Origin: Methanobacteriota archaeon
Lineage (GTDB): Archaea; Undinarchaeota; Undinarchaeia; Undinarchaeales; Undinarchaeaceae
Assembly: GCA_002687935.1 (NCBI GenBank)
Contig: NZBN01000005.1
Span: 2,578-14,157 of the forward strand
Length of the DNA stretch: 11,580 nucleotides
Direction: 5' to 3'
How positions within the stretch are numbered: the stretch's first letter is position 1; every line of letters starts with the position of its first letter. Shown piece by piece: positions 1 to 8,315 of the stretch. A program made the translations under genes and the position numbers. Below the pieces are notes generated by a model. It did not search any database. It was not told the origin of the DNA and saw nothing but the letters and a program-made list of their open reading frames with translations.

Positions 1-498
1 CTCTGCTGTATAAATGCTAGTGTCTACCTGAGCTCGTTGTCCCTCTTTTGTAACTTCTGCAGTGTATTTAGAAAGATCAGACTGAATTCTCTGGGACTCC
101 TTTGTTATTTCAGCACTATATTCAGATAAGTCAGATTGAATCCTCTGAGCTTCCTTCTGCACCTCGGCACTATATTCTGAAATATCTGACTGTATTCTCT
201 GGCCTTCTTTGGATACTTCTGCACTATATACTCCCAACTCTGTCTGATATCTTTGACTAGCTTCTTGAGCCTCTGCTTGGAAATTAGCTACACCTGTCTG
301 AACCCGCTGTCCTTCTTTCTGAACTTCTGCACTATATTTGGCAAGTTCAGTTTCAACTCTACTTGATTCCTTGCCAAGCAAAGTAGTAAACCTTGAGGCA
401 TCTCCCTGAATCCTCTGCATTTCTTTTGCCATATCTTCCTGATGCTTCTTTAGATCACCCTCAAATCCTGCACTGGCTTTTGATATATCTTGTTGCCA
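1..498 (-). repeat. In-frame 54-nt / 18-aa tandem repeat (at least 9 full units plus a partial)
   Basis: Aromatic residues fall exactly every 54 nt (codons starting at 498 W, 444 H, 390 F, 336 Y, 282 F, 228 Y, 174 Y, 120 Y, 66 Y, 12 Y). Consensus is about YSAEVxKExQRIQSDLSx. Confidence 0.92.
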
Positions 499-1797
499 TT
501 TACTTAAAGCAGAGTTAGCTCTCTGGAGTTCTTGAGCAGCTGTCTGAATAGTTGCCTGAGTCATCTCCTCGTCTTCATCTGCAAGCCAAGTTTGTGCAGA
601 AGAAGAAGAACCAGTTCCACCAGGAGCACCATCTATTAAATTTTTAGCTTTATCCAGAGCATCCTGAAAATCAGCAGGAATCTCTGGTATTGCAATTGTA
701 GGAATACTTGTTGATAAAGAAAATTCAGTCGGTAGCGTTATAGAACTAACGTCGATAGCCGCTGGCACACTAGTCCCAACAGCAATTGCACTCGGCAATG
801 TTGATGTAACAGAATAACCAGTTGGTAATGAAGTAGCGAGTGAATCTGTAAAACCTCCAGGCAATGAGGAAGATATAGCCATACTACCAGGTAAGGAAGT
901 CGCCAATGAAGAAAATCCATCAGGTAAACTACTCGATATCGCTATACCACTTGGCAAAGAAGAACTAAGACTTATAGTCACATCTGGTAGACTACTTGAT
1001 ATAGCTATCGCACTTGGCAATGCGGAATCAACTGTTATTGCAGTTGGTAAACTAGCAGTGCTCATATCTATTGCTGTAGGGAGACTGCTTGATAGTGCCA
1101 CTGCACTTGGCAATGAAGAATTAACTACTATTGCGGTAGGTAAGCTATATGATCCCATACTAATTGCAGTAGGCAGAGCACTAGATATTGCTAAGTCTGC
1201 ACTAACATCCGCAATAGCATCAAATACCGTAGTATCTGAATCAAGATCAGTAGGTAATAGAGAATTTAAATTCGCCATTTTATTATGCAAAAGTTGTGCT
1301 GATGCAAATAAAATTACTGCATGATATAACTCACTAGGAAAATTACTTATACTTGTACCATCATAGGCAACTGTAACATCAGGTAAGACTATACTTACTA
1401 TCGCTGTTTGCGTTGCTGTTGGGGTAGGTTTAACAATAAGCACCTTATTATCAATGTAATAAACAGGAGAATCTTTTCCTGCATAATAGATACTATCAGT
1501 ATTGATAACATTACTCCGATAAGCAGCATTCACTGGGCTACATTTTAAAGCCTCGGCAGTTCCATCGTCAGCATTATTCCTGACCACATCTATTATTTTG
1601 CTATTAGTAGTAAGTGAAAGAGTCGTAGGAGAATTGCTTAAAGTACTCGCCTGAGCAAATAATGGTAATAAATTTGGATTGGCCTTCTCAATCTGATTTA
1701 TAACCCACTTAACTCCAGCCCTTAGGAACGAAGTAATAGCTGCGTCTTTGCCAGTTACACTTCCTGCATAATAACTTATATCTGTACTAAAAGCCAT
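1..1797 (-). CDS. Virion structural protein, >=599 aa, C-terminus beyond the window: probable head-tail adaptor N-terminal domain fused to Ser/Leu/Pro repeats and an 18-residue helical repeat
   Basis: Hand translation from ATG at 1797 (TAATG overlap with the upstream stop) gives no stop to position 1: MAFSTDISYYAGSVTGKDAAITSFLRAGVKWVINQIEK...DSIYYAGKDSPVYYIDNKVLIVKPTP...ISNFPSELYHAVILFASAQLLHNKM...repeats...AQTWLADEDEEMTQATIQTAAQELQRA...YSAEVQKEAQRIQSDLSE. It is missing from the ORF track because it has no stop in the window. The CDS is secure; the adaptor call rests on position after the capsid gene and remembered motif pattern (about 0.5). Confidence 0.9.
   Translation of the reverse strand, partial: MAFSTDISYYAGSVTGKDAAITSFLRAGVKWVINQIEKANPNLLPLFAQASTLSNSPTTLSLTTNSKIIDVVRNNADDGTAEALKCSPVNAAYRSNVINTDSIYYAGKDSPVYYIDNKVLIVKPTPTATQTAIVSIVLPDVTVAYDGTSISNFPSELYHAVILFASAQLLHNKMANLNSLLPTDLDSDTTVFDAIADVSADLAISSALPTAISMGSYSLPTAIVVNSSLPSAVALSSSLPTAIDMSTASLPTAITVDSALPSAIAISSSLPDVTISLSSSLPSGIAISSSLPDGFSSLATSLPGSMAISSSLPGGFTDSLATSLPTGYSVTSTLPSAIAVGTSVPAAIDVSSITLPTEFSLSTSIPTIAIPEIPADFQDALDKAKNLIDGAPGGTGSSSSAQTWLADEDEEMTQATIQTAAQELQRANSALSKWQQDISKASAGFEGDLKKHQEDMAKEMQRIQGDASRFTTLLGKESSRVETELAKYSAEVQKEGQRVQTGVANFQAEAQEASQRYQTELGVYSAEVSKEGQRIQSDISEYSAEVQKEAQRIQSDLSEYSAEITKESQRIQSDLSKYTAEVTKEGQRAQVDTSIYTAE
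676..1179 (-). repeat. In-frame 10-12-aa (S/A/T)-(L/V/I)-P repeat array, 16 units
   Basis: Pro codons start at 1173, 1140, 1110, 1080, 1047, 1017, 987, 954, 924, 891, 861, 825, 795, 765, 732 and 702. Example units: SLPTAIVVNS, SLPSAVALSS, ALPSAIAISS, SLPSGIAISS, SLPGSMAISS. Confidence 0.92.
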
Positions 1798-2000
1798 TAG
1801 GTTTCTTGTCCTTGTCTAGTCCTAGCCATTTTTTCGCTCTTACTCATTTTCTTAGCTTTAGGAATTTTTCTATTGACTTTTTTAGCTGTAGATAACAATT
1901 TACCACGAGATACTCCCATCTTAGAGGCGTAGTACTTTATAATAGACATCCTATTCTTTCTCATAGCAGTCATGAGCACTTTCGCTACTGCACTAGTCAT
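1797..2000 (-). CDS. Small basic protein, 67 aa (13 K, 6 R, 2 E), possible helix-turn-helix
   Basis: Both ends overlap neighbours (ATGA at the start, TAATG at the stop), which indicates translational coupling. The segment YYASKMGVSRGKLLSTAKK resembles an HTH turn (A-x-x-h-G-V-S-R). Confidence 0.8.
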   Translation of the reverse strand: MTSAVAKVLMTAMRKNRMSIIKYYASKMGVSRGKLLSTAKKVNRKIPKAKKMSKSEKMARTRQGQET

Positions 2001-2131
2001 TTTTTACTCTTCTTGGTAACTTTTATCTTACCACGATCTTTTATATTTTGTTGTCTGCGGCTATTATCATTGACTTCTTCTTTTCCAGATTGCCAGGGGC
2101 CACCGACATCATTACTTGTTACTATTTTCAT
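1997..2131 (-). CDS. Hypothetical 44-aa protein MKIVTSNDVGGPWQSGKEEVNDNSRRQQNIKDRGKIKVTKKSKK (not in the ORF track)
   Basis: ATG at 2131 is preceded by the SD-like GAAAGGT. Its TGA overlaps the ATG of the next gene (ATGA). It fills the gap after the capsid gene. Confidence 0.75.
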   Translation of the reverse strand: MKIVTSNDVGGPWQSGKEEVNDNSRRQQNIKDRGKIKVTKKSKK

Positions 2132-2148
2132 ATTTACCTTTCCAGTAT

Positions 2149-2169
2149 GGGGGGCCATAAAGACCCCCC
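2149..2169 (-). other. GC-rich stem-loop just downstream of the capsid stop codon
   Basis: The minus strand reads GGGGGGUC-UUUAU-GGCCCCCC (8 bp including one G-U). No U-tract follows. Confidence 0.7.
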
Positions 2170-2182
2170 TTAAATTACTGAA

Positions 2183-3610
2183 TTATGCGAACTTTAACAA
2201 GGTATGAGTTTCTGGTAAAGATATTTCTAGACCTGCTTCGGTCAAGATTTGATCTTTCCGTCCATCAACATTGTTATTTTGCACATTAGTGATAATGTGC
2301 GTATCTCTCGATGTGCCATTAGCAGCTAACGGACGATAAGCTACATTCTTTAGATCAACCATAACGGCATAGTCTTCCCACATACCCCTGAATAAAGGTT
2401 GCTCGACTAAATGTAAATCACCGTAAAGAGTATTTACTCGTGTTACATTATGCCCGAATGAACCCTTAACATTCTGGATATCTACGGAATAACCATTTGA
2501 TCCACCGCTAGTTGTAGCTGTGTGACCAAGTGCCATTGTGTTGCCTAAGAAAGAGCTTCCGCCAAGTTTGTTAAAGTAACTTAATACTTTACGTGAAGCA
2601 AGTACAAGTTTGTTTCCACTATTACCTGATTCAGGTGAGAAAACATCTTCCATTGCGTCAATAAAGTCATCATACGTTGAGGAAGCATAAGTAAAGGTCT
2701 TAATCTTTCCATAAGCTTCTGTGTAAGGTACGATTCCCCACGAACGACGAACAGGCCCTGTTGATGTAGAATCATCTGATCCTATACCAAATAACATTGC
2801 ATGCTCTAAGTCCATTTTGTGTTCCATTAACTTTTCTTGCCAGACTCGCTTGTACTCATTAGATACACCACGATAGCGGGTAGCTAATGAAGTTCCACTA
2901 AATAAAGAGATTGCCGTTTTAAATATCTGACAATATCCTTCTCTATCATAGAACTCGTCTTTCCATCCTTCAGGATCAGTTGATCCCTCAGCCCATGCTG
3001 AACCTACAACCTGACATTTAGCATCCGCACGATGAATCAACTTGGAAGCAGAAGCTTCAGTTATTTCACCACTAACAGATGATGTAGGTTTGTAGACAAC
3101 TTTAATAAAGGTTAAGTCAATCTCAGCATAAGCAGAATTGCTTAAATCTGGATCAGCATTAACTTTATAATATGCAATTGCAGCGGTTTCTGAGCCAACA
3201 CCAGCATCGGTACCGTTAGCATCATATTCTACTTCAATAGCTACCATTTGCCCACTTAATATAAAATTAGGGGCAACAGCAGTTGTTACAACACGACCAT
3301 ATTTGTCATAGAGACAGTCCACCTGCAGGTTAGTAAGATTAAAGTTAGCATCTGTTCCACTATGAGCTGAACTAGTCATAGCTGTTTTAACTTCAAAATT
3401 ACGACGCTGCCATTGATGACGCTGCTCTAAAAATTTAAAAACAGGATCATCAGTAGGTTTCTTTGCTACTTTAGACAAGTATGTAAAGAATGGAGACTGT
3501 TTAGGAGCGAGTTCAGCAACTTTTTCTCCAAAATTGTACATTCGTCTTGAATGATCAATTGAGGATGACTGCATACCGCCACCAGCGGTAATACTATATA
3601 CGTTTGCCAT
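2183..3610 (-). CDS. Major capsid protein (HK97 fold, SU10/DUF5309-like), 475 aa
   Basis: Follows portal and scaffold, with SD GGAG ahead of the ATG. Motifs SPFFTYLSKVAKKPTDDPVFKFLEQR, VGSAWAEGS, YCQIFKT, EHKMDLEHAMLFG and DGRKDQILTEAGLEISLPETH match my recollection of this capsid family. Confidence 0.9.
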   Translation of the reverse strand: MANVYSITAGGGMQSSSIDHSRRMYNFGEKVAELAPKQSPFFTYLSKVAKKPTDDPVFKFLEQRHQWQRRNFEVKTAMTSSAHSGTDANFNLTNLQVDCLYDKYGRVVTTAVAPNFILSGQMVAIEVEYDANGTDAGVGSETAAIAYYKVNADPDLSNSAYAEIDLTFIKVVYKPTSSVSGEITEASASKLIHRADAKCQVVGSAWAEGSTDPEGWKDEFYDREGYCQIFKTAISLFSGTSLATRYRGVSNEYKRVWQEKLMEHKMDLEHAMLFGIGSDDSTSTGPVRRSWGIVPYTEAYGKIKTFTYASSTYDDFIDAMEDVFSPESGNSGNKLVLASRKVLSYFNKLGGSSFLGNTMALGHTATTSGGSNGYSVDIQNVKGSFGHNVTRVNTLYGDLHLVEQPLFRGMWEDYAVMVDLKNVAYRPLAANGTSRDTHIITNVQNNNVDGRKDQILTEAGLEISLPETHTLLKFA

Positions 3611-3629
3611 CTTTAACTCCTAGTTAGTT

Positions 3630-4562
3630 TTAACTCCAAGGATTCTGCTTATTATAGTCAGAAATCATACTGTCTATAATCTTATCTTCTACAGAGCCCT
3701 CATTCTGTCTCGTTTGAGAAGGCATAACTCCCATCGAAGCAGGTATTTGCTGTGCCCTCTTAACCTGTTGAAACTCACCAGAGGGTGAATTCGTAGGTTG
3801 CTGAGGGGAGCCATAGCCCCTATCCGATGCATATAATTTCCAAAGGTTGTCAAGACTAATAGAATTCGGATCAGACATAACTCTAACGAAATCATCTGCA
3901 ACTTGTGAATCAACTTTATATTGATCCATAATTTGACTTCTTATTCCGTTCATTTGTTCTGCCTGCTTTTGTTCAGCGTCACGACGCTGTATATCATCTT
4001 GACGATCCTTGCGTAACTTTCCTCTCTCATCTTCCATCATAGCCATTTGGTACTCGAACTGTAAGTTCTTATATTCATCCATTTGGTCACGCCAAACCTG
4101 CTCACTTTGAACAAATCTAGCACTTTCAGATGAGGGGTCGGATAACGCCTCGTCCATTGAGAAATTATAAGGTTTCTGCGGCTTCTCTGGTGGGTCTGGA
4201 AACTCTGGTTCGGGTTCCGCTACTGGTTCAGGCTCTTGCTGAGCAGGTGTCTGCTGAGTTGCAAGCTGATTGAACTGCTGCTGCAATTGATCACGCTCAT
4301 TCTTCATTTTATCAGCCTGAGACTGCCAATATTGGTATCTTACTTCATCATTATCCTTGGGTGCTTCAACTTGAACTTCCTGCTGGGGTACAGATTCTGG
4401 CTCAGCAATTGCTTGCTCAACTTCATCTGTTCCTTCAAAAGCATCAGCTACAGACCCCTTTTCACCACCGAATATGACATCATCAACTAATGAGCTATCA
4501 TCCTGTAAGTCAACTGAATGGACTTCAGGTTGAGAGGTTGTCAATTGTTCTGTTTCTGCCAT
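3630..4562 (-). CDS. Probable capsid scaffolding protein, 310 aa
   Basis: Lies between portal and capsid genes. Acidic, Q/E/P-rich, with predicted helical/coiled-coil segments (YWQSQADKMKNERDQLQQQF). SD AGGAG. Confidence 0.75.
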   Translation of the reverse strand: MAETEQLTTSQPEVHSVDLQDDSSLVDDVIFGGEKGSVADAFEGTDEVEQAIAEPESVPQQEVQVEAPKDNDEVRYQYWQSQADKMKNERDQLQQQFNQLATQQTPAQQEPEPVAEPEPEFPDPPEKPQKPYNFSMDEALSDPSSESARFVQSEQVWRDQMDEYKNLQFEYQMAMMEDERGKLRKDRQDDIQRRDAEQKQAEQMNGIRSQIMDQYKVDSQVADDFVRVMSDPNSISLDNLWKLYASDRGYGSPQQPTNSPSGEFQQVKRAQQIPASMGVMPSQTRQNEGSVEDKIIDSMISDYNKQNPWS

Positions 4563-4570
4563 AATATCTC

Positions 4571-6763
4571 CTATTTTTTAGACTGCTTCTTCTTAGGGCT
4601 TGAAGAAGGTGAGCCTGGTTTAGAGGAAGCTTCCGCTACCTCTTTTTTAACTTGCCCTAAAGCGTCATCTAGGCGTTTCTCGAATAGAGTGCCAGACATT
4701 TTCGCCCGATTTTCAGTTCCCTTCAAATTGGACTTCGTTTTTTCGATCTCGGCTTTCATTTTGGCGTGATAAATTTCACGCTCTCTTGTCTGCAAGTCTC
4801 CTTGCATACTTTTTATAGTCTCAGTTGCTTGCTCCAATTGGCCTTTCAACTGATCTATTAAATCTGTTCTTTGTAATACGCCTTCCATATCGAAGACCTC
4901 TGTCTTCTTTAATACTTCTTGCTTATCAATAATACCCTTTTCATACGCATCCATATACATTTCAAGTTGAGCCATCCTATTCGTCGGCATCGTTGACCCT
5001 GTAACTACAACTACATCGTACTTTCCAACTGTTATGTCATTTAAAACTTTAATCTCGCCTGAATGGTCATCGTACATCCGTTTATTAACGACATACTCGC
5101 TCATACTGTTATTAGGCTGAATTAACCTAACAATCTTCTGAGTAGTGTATAATTGCTGCATCATAGGAATAACTATCTGTCCCAACCTGTTTAATCCAGC
5201 CTCTATATCGGCAAGTTTACTCTTCATCTTTCGCTGACCAAACTCATCTAGACTTACAGTGGCCTTATATGTATGAGGAGCAACAGCTGAATTACCCATT
5301 GTCATCTCATATAAACCCAATTGATGATCAATGTCATTCTTAGCAGTAGTCTCATTGTTATATAGCTCGTTCGGTAGGGGAGTTGGCTGAACTGGTGTTG
5401 GCTGCCCTTGATCAAAATCAACCTCGATGGCTACTCCAGGCTGGGCCCATTTCTGCTCGAACTCCCTCATATCTACCGAACCTGATGGTATTAAAATCTT
5501 TGTATTAGTACTAGTGGTGGCATGGGCAATAATTAAACTTCTCGTTTTATTGATGTATTCCTGCATACCCTTAACCATACGAACATCTGACATTGGATAG
5601 GGAGTACGGGTATGTTGGTTCATAAAGAACACAATAGGATACTTATCAATTGGGAGGATACGAGAATATAAATGTTTATCGCCCATGATCACACATTGCT
5701 TAATTCTTTTTGTTGGGACTGTGACCACTTCAATAGCTCCCGATTGGACAAGATCAGCAAATGTTATCTCCTGGACATCAGGCTCTTCTGGTAACTCTAG
5801 GTTACCCTGAGCTCTACCTTGCTCTAATTGCTGCTGATAAATTTGCTGTAATTGCTGAATAGCAGCCTGAGCTTCTTCTGGCTCTACAACAGTCTGCCCC
5901 TGAATTATCCAGGCGGGTTGTCGTAGATACTCCTCAAACTCCTTATCATCCAATAAGTCCTCATCCCCAGTCATACTCTCATAGACCCTATGATGATCAA
6001 TCATTAAAGAATAATATCTTTCATATCCCCTAATATACTCATCGCTATCACCAAAGTTTGCTATTGTCTGTACTTCTGGAGACTCAGGCCAAGTCGTCTC
6101 ACCATCGTCTTCTCTTCCAGTGGATGGCCTGTCTGTCATAAAATTTTCTGTAGAGGCATTACCAATAGCCTTCTTATACATTGGGTATAAGGCCTTAGCC
6201 TGGTCTTTAGTGTAAAGCCTTGATATAATTACATTTTCTGCATCATCACCATGAGGACTTCTAGAATTAGGGTCTATATAGACATCTAGCGGATCAATAT
6301 CATGTATACAAACTTCGCCCTTCCCCATATCCATCATTGGGTCTATATACACTAACGCACAGCCAAGTCCAGTAACATAATAATCGTCTACAACTCTTCT
6401 TAAAACAGTATTACCCTCTGATATCTGCCATATATATTCTAATAATCCATTTACAGCCTGTGCTACTTTGTTATCACTATCTTCTCTTGGGGATACTCTG
6501 AATTGAGGTTTATTTGCAGTTATGAGAGCCTTAGCAGCCTCTACTGCTGGATGGATACGATTAACAACAAGGGCTGCTTGTCCTCGTTCTTCTAAAATTC
6601 GCCTCTGATCTGACGTCCATTGCTTACCTAATCTGAATTCACGATCTTCTTGAGCATGGTGTGCCCATCGTTCACGCTTTTGAGAGTAGGTTTTCCAGAG
6701 ACTTTGCGTCTCTTCAACGAGTTTTTTGCCCGATTTCTGTGATTTGGAGTTATAAGCCATCAT
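4571..6763 (-). CDS. Portal protein, P22-like, about 730 aa (start at 6763 or 6760)
   Basis: Directly after TerL. N-terminal EDREFRLGKQW...LVVNRIHPAVE...KPQFRVSPRE pattern, KYDVVVVTGSTMPTNRMAQL, and a long C-terminal coiled coil (barrel-like), all typical of P22-type portals. Confidence 0.9.
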   Translation of the reverse strand: MMAYNSKSQKSGKKLVEETQSLWKTYSQKRERWAHHAQEDREFRLGKQWTSDQRRILEERGQAALVVNRIHPAVEAAKALITANKPQFRVSPREDSDNKVAQAVNGLLEYIWQISEGNTVLRRVVDDYYVTGLGCALVYIDPMMDMGKGEVCIHDIDPLDVYIDPNSRSPHGDDAENVIISRLYTKDQAKALYPMYKKAIGNASTENFMTDRPSTGREDDGETTWPESPEVQTIANFGDSDEYIRGYERYYSLMIDHHRVYESMTGDEDLLDDKEFEEYLRQPAWIIQGQTVVEPEEAQAAIQQLQQIYQQQLEQGRAQGNLELPEEPDVQEITFADLVQSGAIEVVTVPTKRIKQCVIMGDKHLYSRILPIDKYPIVFFMNQHTRTPYPMSDVRMVKGMQEYINKTRSLIIAHATTSTNTKILIPSGSVDMREFEQKWAQPGVAIEVDFDQGQPTPVQPTPLPNELYNNETTAKNDIDHQLGLYEMTMGNSAVAPHTYKATVSLDEFGQRKMKSKLADIEAGLNRLGQIVIPMMQQLYTTQKIVRLIQPNNSMSEYVVNKRMYDDHSGEIKVLNDITVGKYDVVVVTGSTMPTNRMAQLEMYMDAYEKGIIDKQEVLKKTEVFDMEGVLQRTDLIDQLKGQLEQATETIKSMQGDLQTREREIYHAKMKAEIEKTKSNLKGTENRAKMSGTLFEKRLDDALGQVKKEVAEASSKPGSPSSSPKKKQSKK

Positions 6764-6776
6764 TTAATATTACAAC

Positions 6777-8315
6777 CTACATAGTTAACCAGTCAAGTAT
6801 TTTATTGCTTTTTATTTCAGCCCCCTTCTTTGGGTCAAATTCATCCCTTTTTATCCTACAAGGTCTCGAACCTTCTAATGCAGTCCATATCGCATCCATC
6901 ACATCATCATTCTTTCCTCTGGGGTAAGATAAGAACTCTTGTTGAGCTGTCAAATCCTGGGGTCTGAAATAAAATTGACCCTTAGCAAAGATGGGTACTA
7001 ATGATAACAGTCTTTCACTCTTTCTGTTCCGTGGTTTTACACCTTTTTCTAACCCTGGTATATACAGATTCTTCTCTAGCATCAATGCTCTAGTCGCACT
7101 CCTTAGAGCTTCCTGATATGCAACTGTCTCAATTTTCATTCTTTTTGGATGGAATCTTTCATAAATATCAATAATCTTTTGAGGTTGTCTCGCAGGATCG
7201 AGCCTTTCCCTAAAAATGTCGACAACATACTTGTTATTATCAGCATCAATAGCAATGGTAGCAATAACAAAATAGTCAGCACGGGCACTAAGGCTTGATG
7301 CAGGATCAACTCCAGTATAGAGTTCGACTGGTATAATTTTCTTTTCATCTCCCACCTCTCTTACCAAACAAGGTTGGCTATTAATTCTTTCGAAATCGTA
7401 ATGATGCAATTTTATATAATCTGGTTTAAATGGGGCATCATCTGGAGACTGTGCAATATTCATGTATTCCTGGTAGAATCCATTTATATTACCAACACTC
7501 TCAAATTCACTTTTTATTTGTAATATCCTATCTTTGGGGAACCTTTCGGGCCAGATACTATTCTCATCATCATCCCAGATACTGTACCAGAGCGTCTCCC
7601 AAGTTGGACTATCCTTCGCCCAATATAAGAAACAATCCTCAGAAATCACAGTACCAATCATTATTATTCTACCATCATCAGAAAGTGAAGGTATAACAGC
7701 CTCCGTCATCCATTTCCTATTCTTAGTTCTACCCTCAGGCGTAAAAGCATTCAACTCAGACTCGAAATCATCAACAATAATTACATTGGGCCTCGTGTCC
7801 CCCTCAATAAACCCACGAACCCTCTGCCCAGTACCAACAGCAACTATACGAGTCCCATTCTTGAGTATAATATCTGCACCAGTCCATCGCTTAGACGTAG
7901 CTGAACTAAAATCTCCAAATATATGCTTGAAATTATCACTATGTTCTAGATGATACTTTATTCTAGATAAGAAGTTTACTGACTGAGCTTGAGACTCGGA
8001 TACAACAACAATAAACAAATCCTCTGTAGGCTTCTTGTATGCTATTTTATATAAAGGAAAGATCAAAGAACACACGGTACTCTTGGCAGTCCCCCTAGGG
8101 GCTGCAATAAGTATACGCTTCGTCTCATCATTCTTTAAATTTTTATATATATCTCTATGAAAAGACGGAGTATCCTTAGCTAAGGCAGTTGGGAAACAAT
8201 ACTTCCCAAACCAACCCATGTCACGCTGGAATTCTTTCTTCTCTTTGTCAAGAGTATACGAAGCCTCGTAATCAATATTTCGGTTTTTTAGTCCTTTTTG
8301 GACTATTGCTTCCAT
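6777..8315 (-). CDS. terL: Terminase large subunit, 512 aa
   Basis: Walker A APRGTAKST, Walker B IIVDDFE, coupling motif IGT, RNase H-like nuclease motifs YTGVDPASS and NDDVMDA. Confidence 0.95.
   Translation of the reverse strand: MEAIVQKGLKNRNIDYEASYTLDKEKKEFQRDMGWFGKYCFPTALAKDTPSFHRDIYKNLKNDETKRILIAAPRGTAKSTVCSLIFPLYKIAYKKPTEDLFIVVVSESQAQSVNFLSRIKYHLEHSDNFKHIFGDFSSATSKRWTGADIILKNGTRIVAVGTGQRVRGFIEGDTRPNVIIVDDFESELNAFTPEGRTKNRKWMTEAVIPSLSDDGRIIMIGTVISEDCFLYWAKDSPTWETLWYSIWDDDENSIWPERFPKDRILQIKSEFESVGNINGFYQEYMNIAQSPDDAPFKPDYIKLHHYDFERINSQPCLVREVGDEKKIIPVELYTGVDPASSLSARADYFVIATIAIDADNNKYVVDIFRERLDPARQPQKIIDIYERFHPKRMKIETVAYQEALRSATRALMLEKNLYIPGLEKGVKPRNRKSERLLSLVPIFAKGQFYFRPQDLTAQQEFLSYPRGKNDDVMDAIWTALEGSRPCRIKRDEFDPKKGAEIKSNKILDWLTM

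Noticed and set aside
738-920. 60-aa minus-strand track ORF
   Set aside because: Alternative frame inside the 1797-to-edge gene; its L/H/Y periodicity just reflects the SLP repeats.
1058-1324. 88-aa plus-strand ORF with apparent IAVG repeats
   Set aside because: Antisense shadow of the SLP repeat array; no SD or promoter context.
2170-2205. Possible T7 10A/10B-style frameshift extension of the capsid protein at TTG-TTA-AAG
   Set aside because: Not a proper X-XXY-YYZ heptamer, and the -1 frame stops within a few codons (CAG-TAA).
3612-3637. Direct repeat GGAGTTAAA twice around the scaffold stop and the capsid SD
   Set aside because: Only 9 bp and two copies; best explained as the SD plus a chance or small local duplication.
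5770-5890. Gln-rich segment inside the portal (AAIQQLQQIYQQQLEQG)
   Set aside because: Low-complexity helical insertions are common in P22-like portals; no intein or endonuclease motifs.
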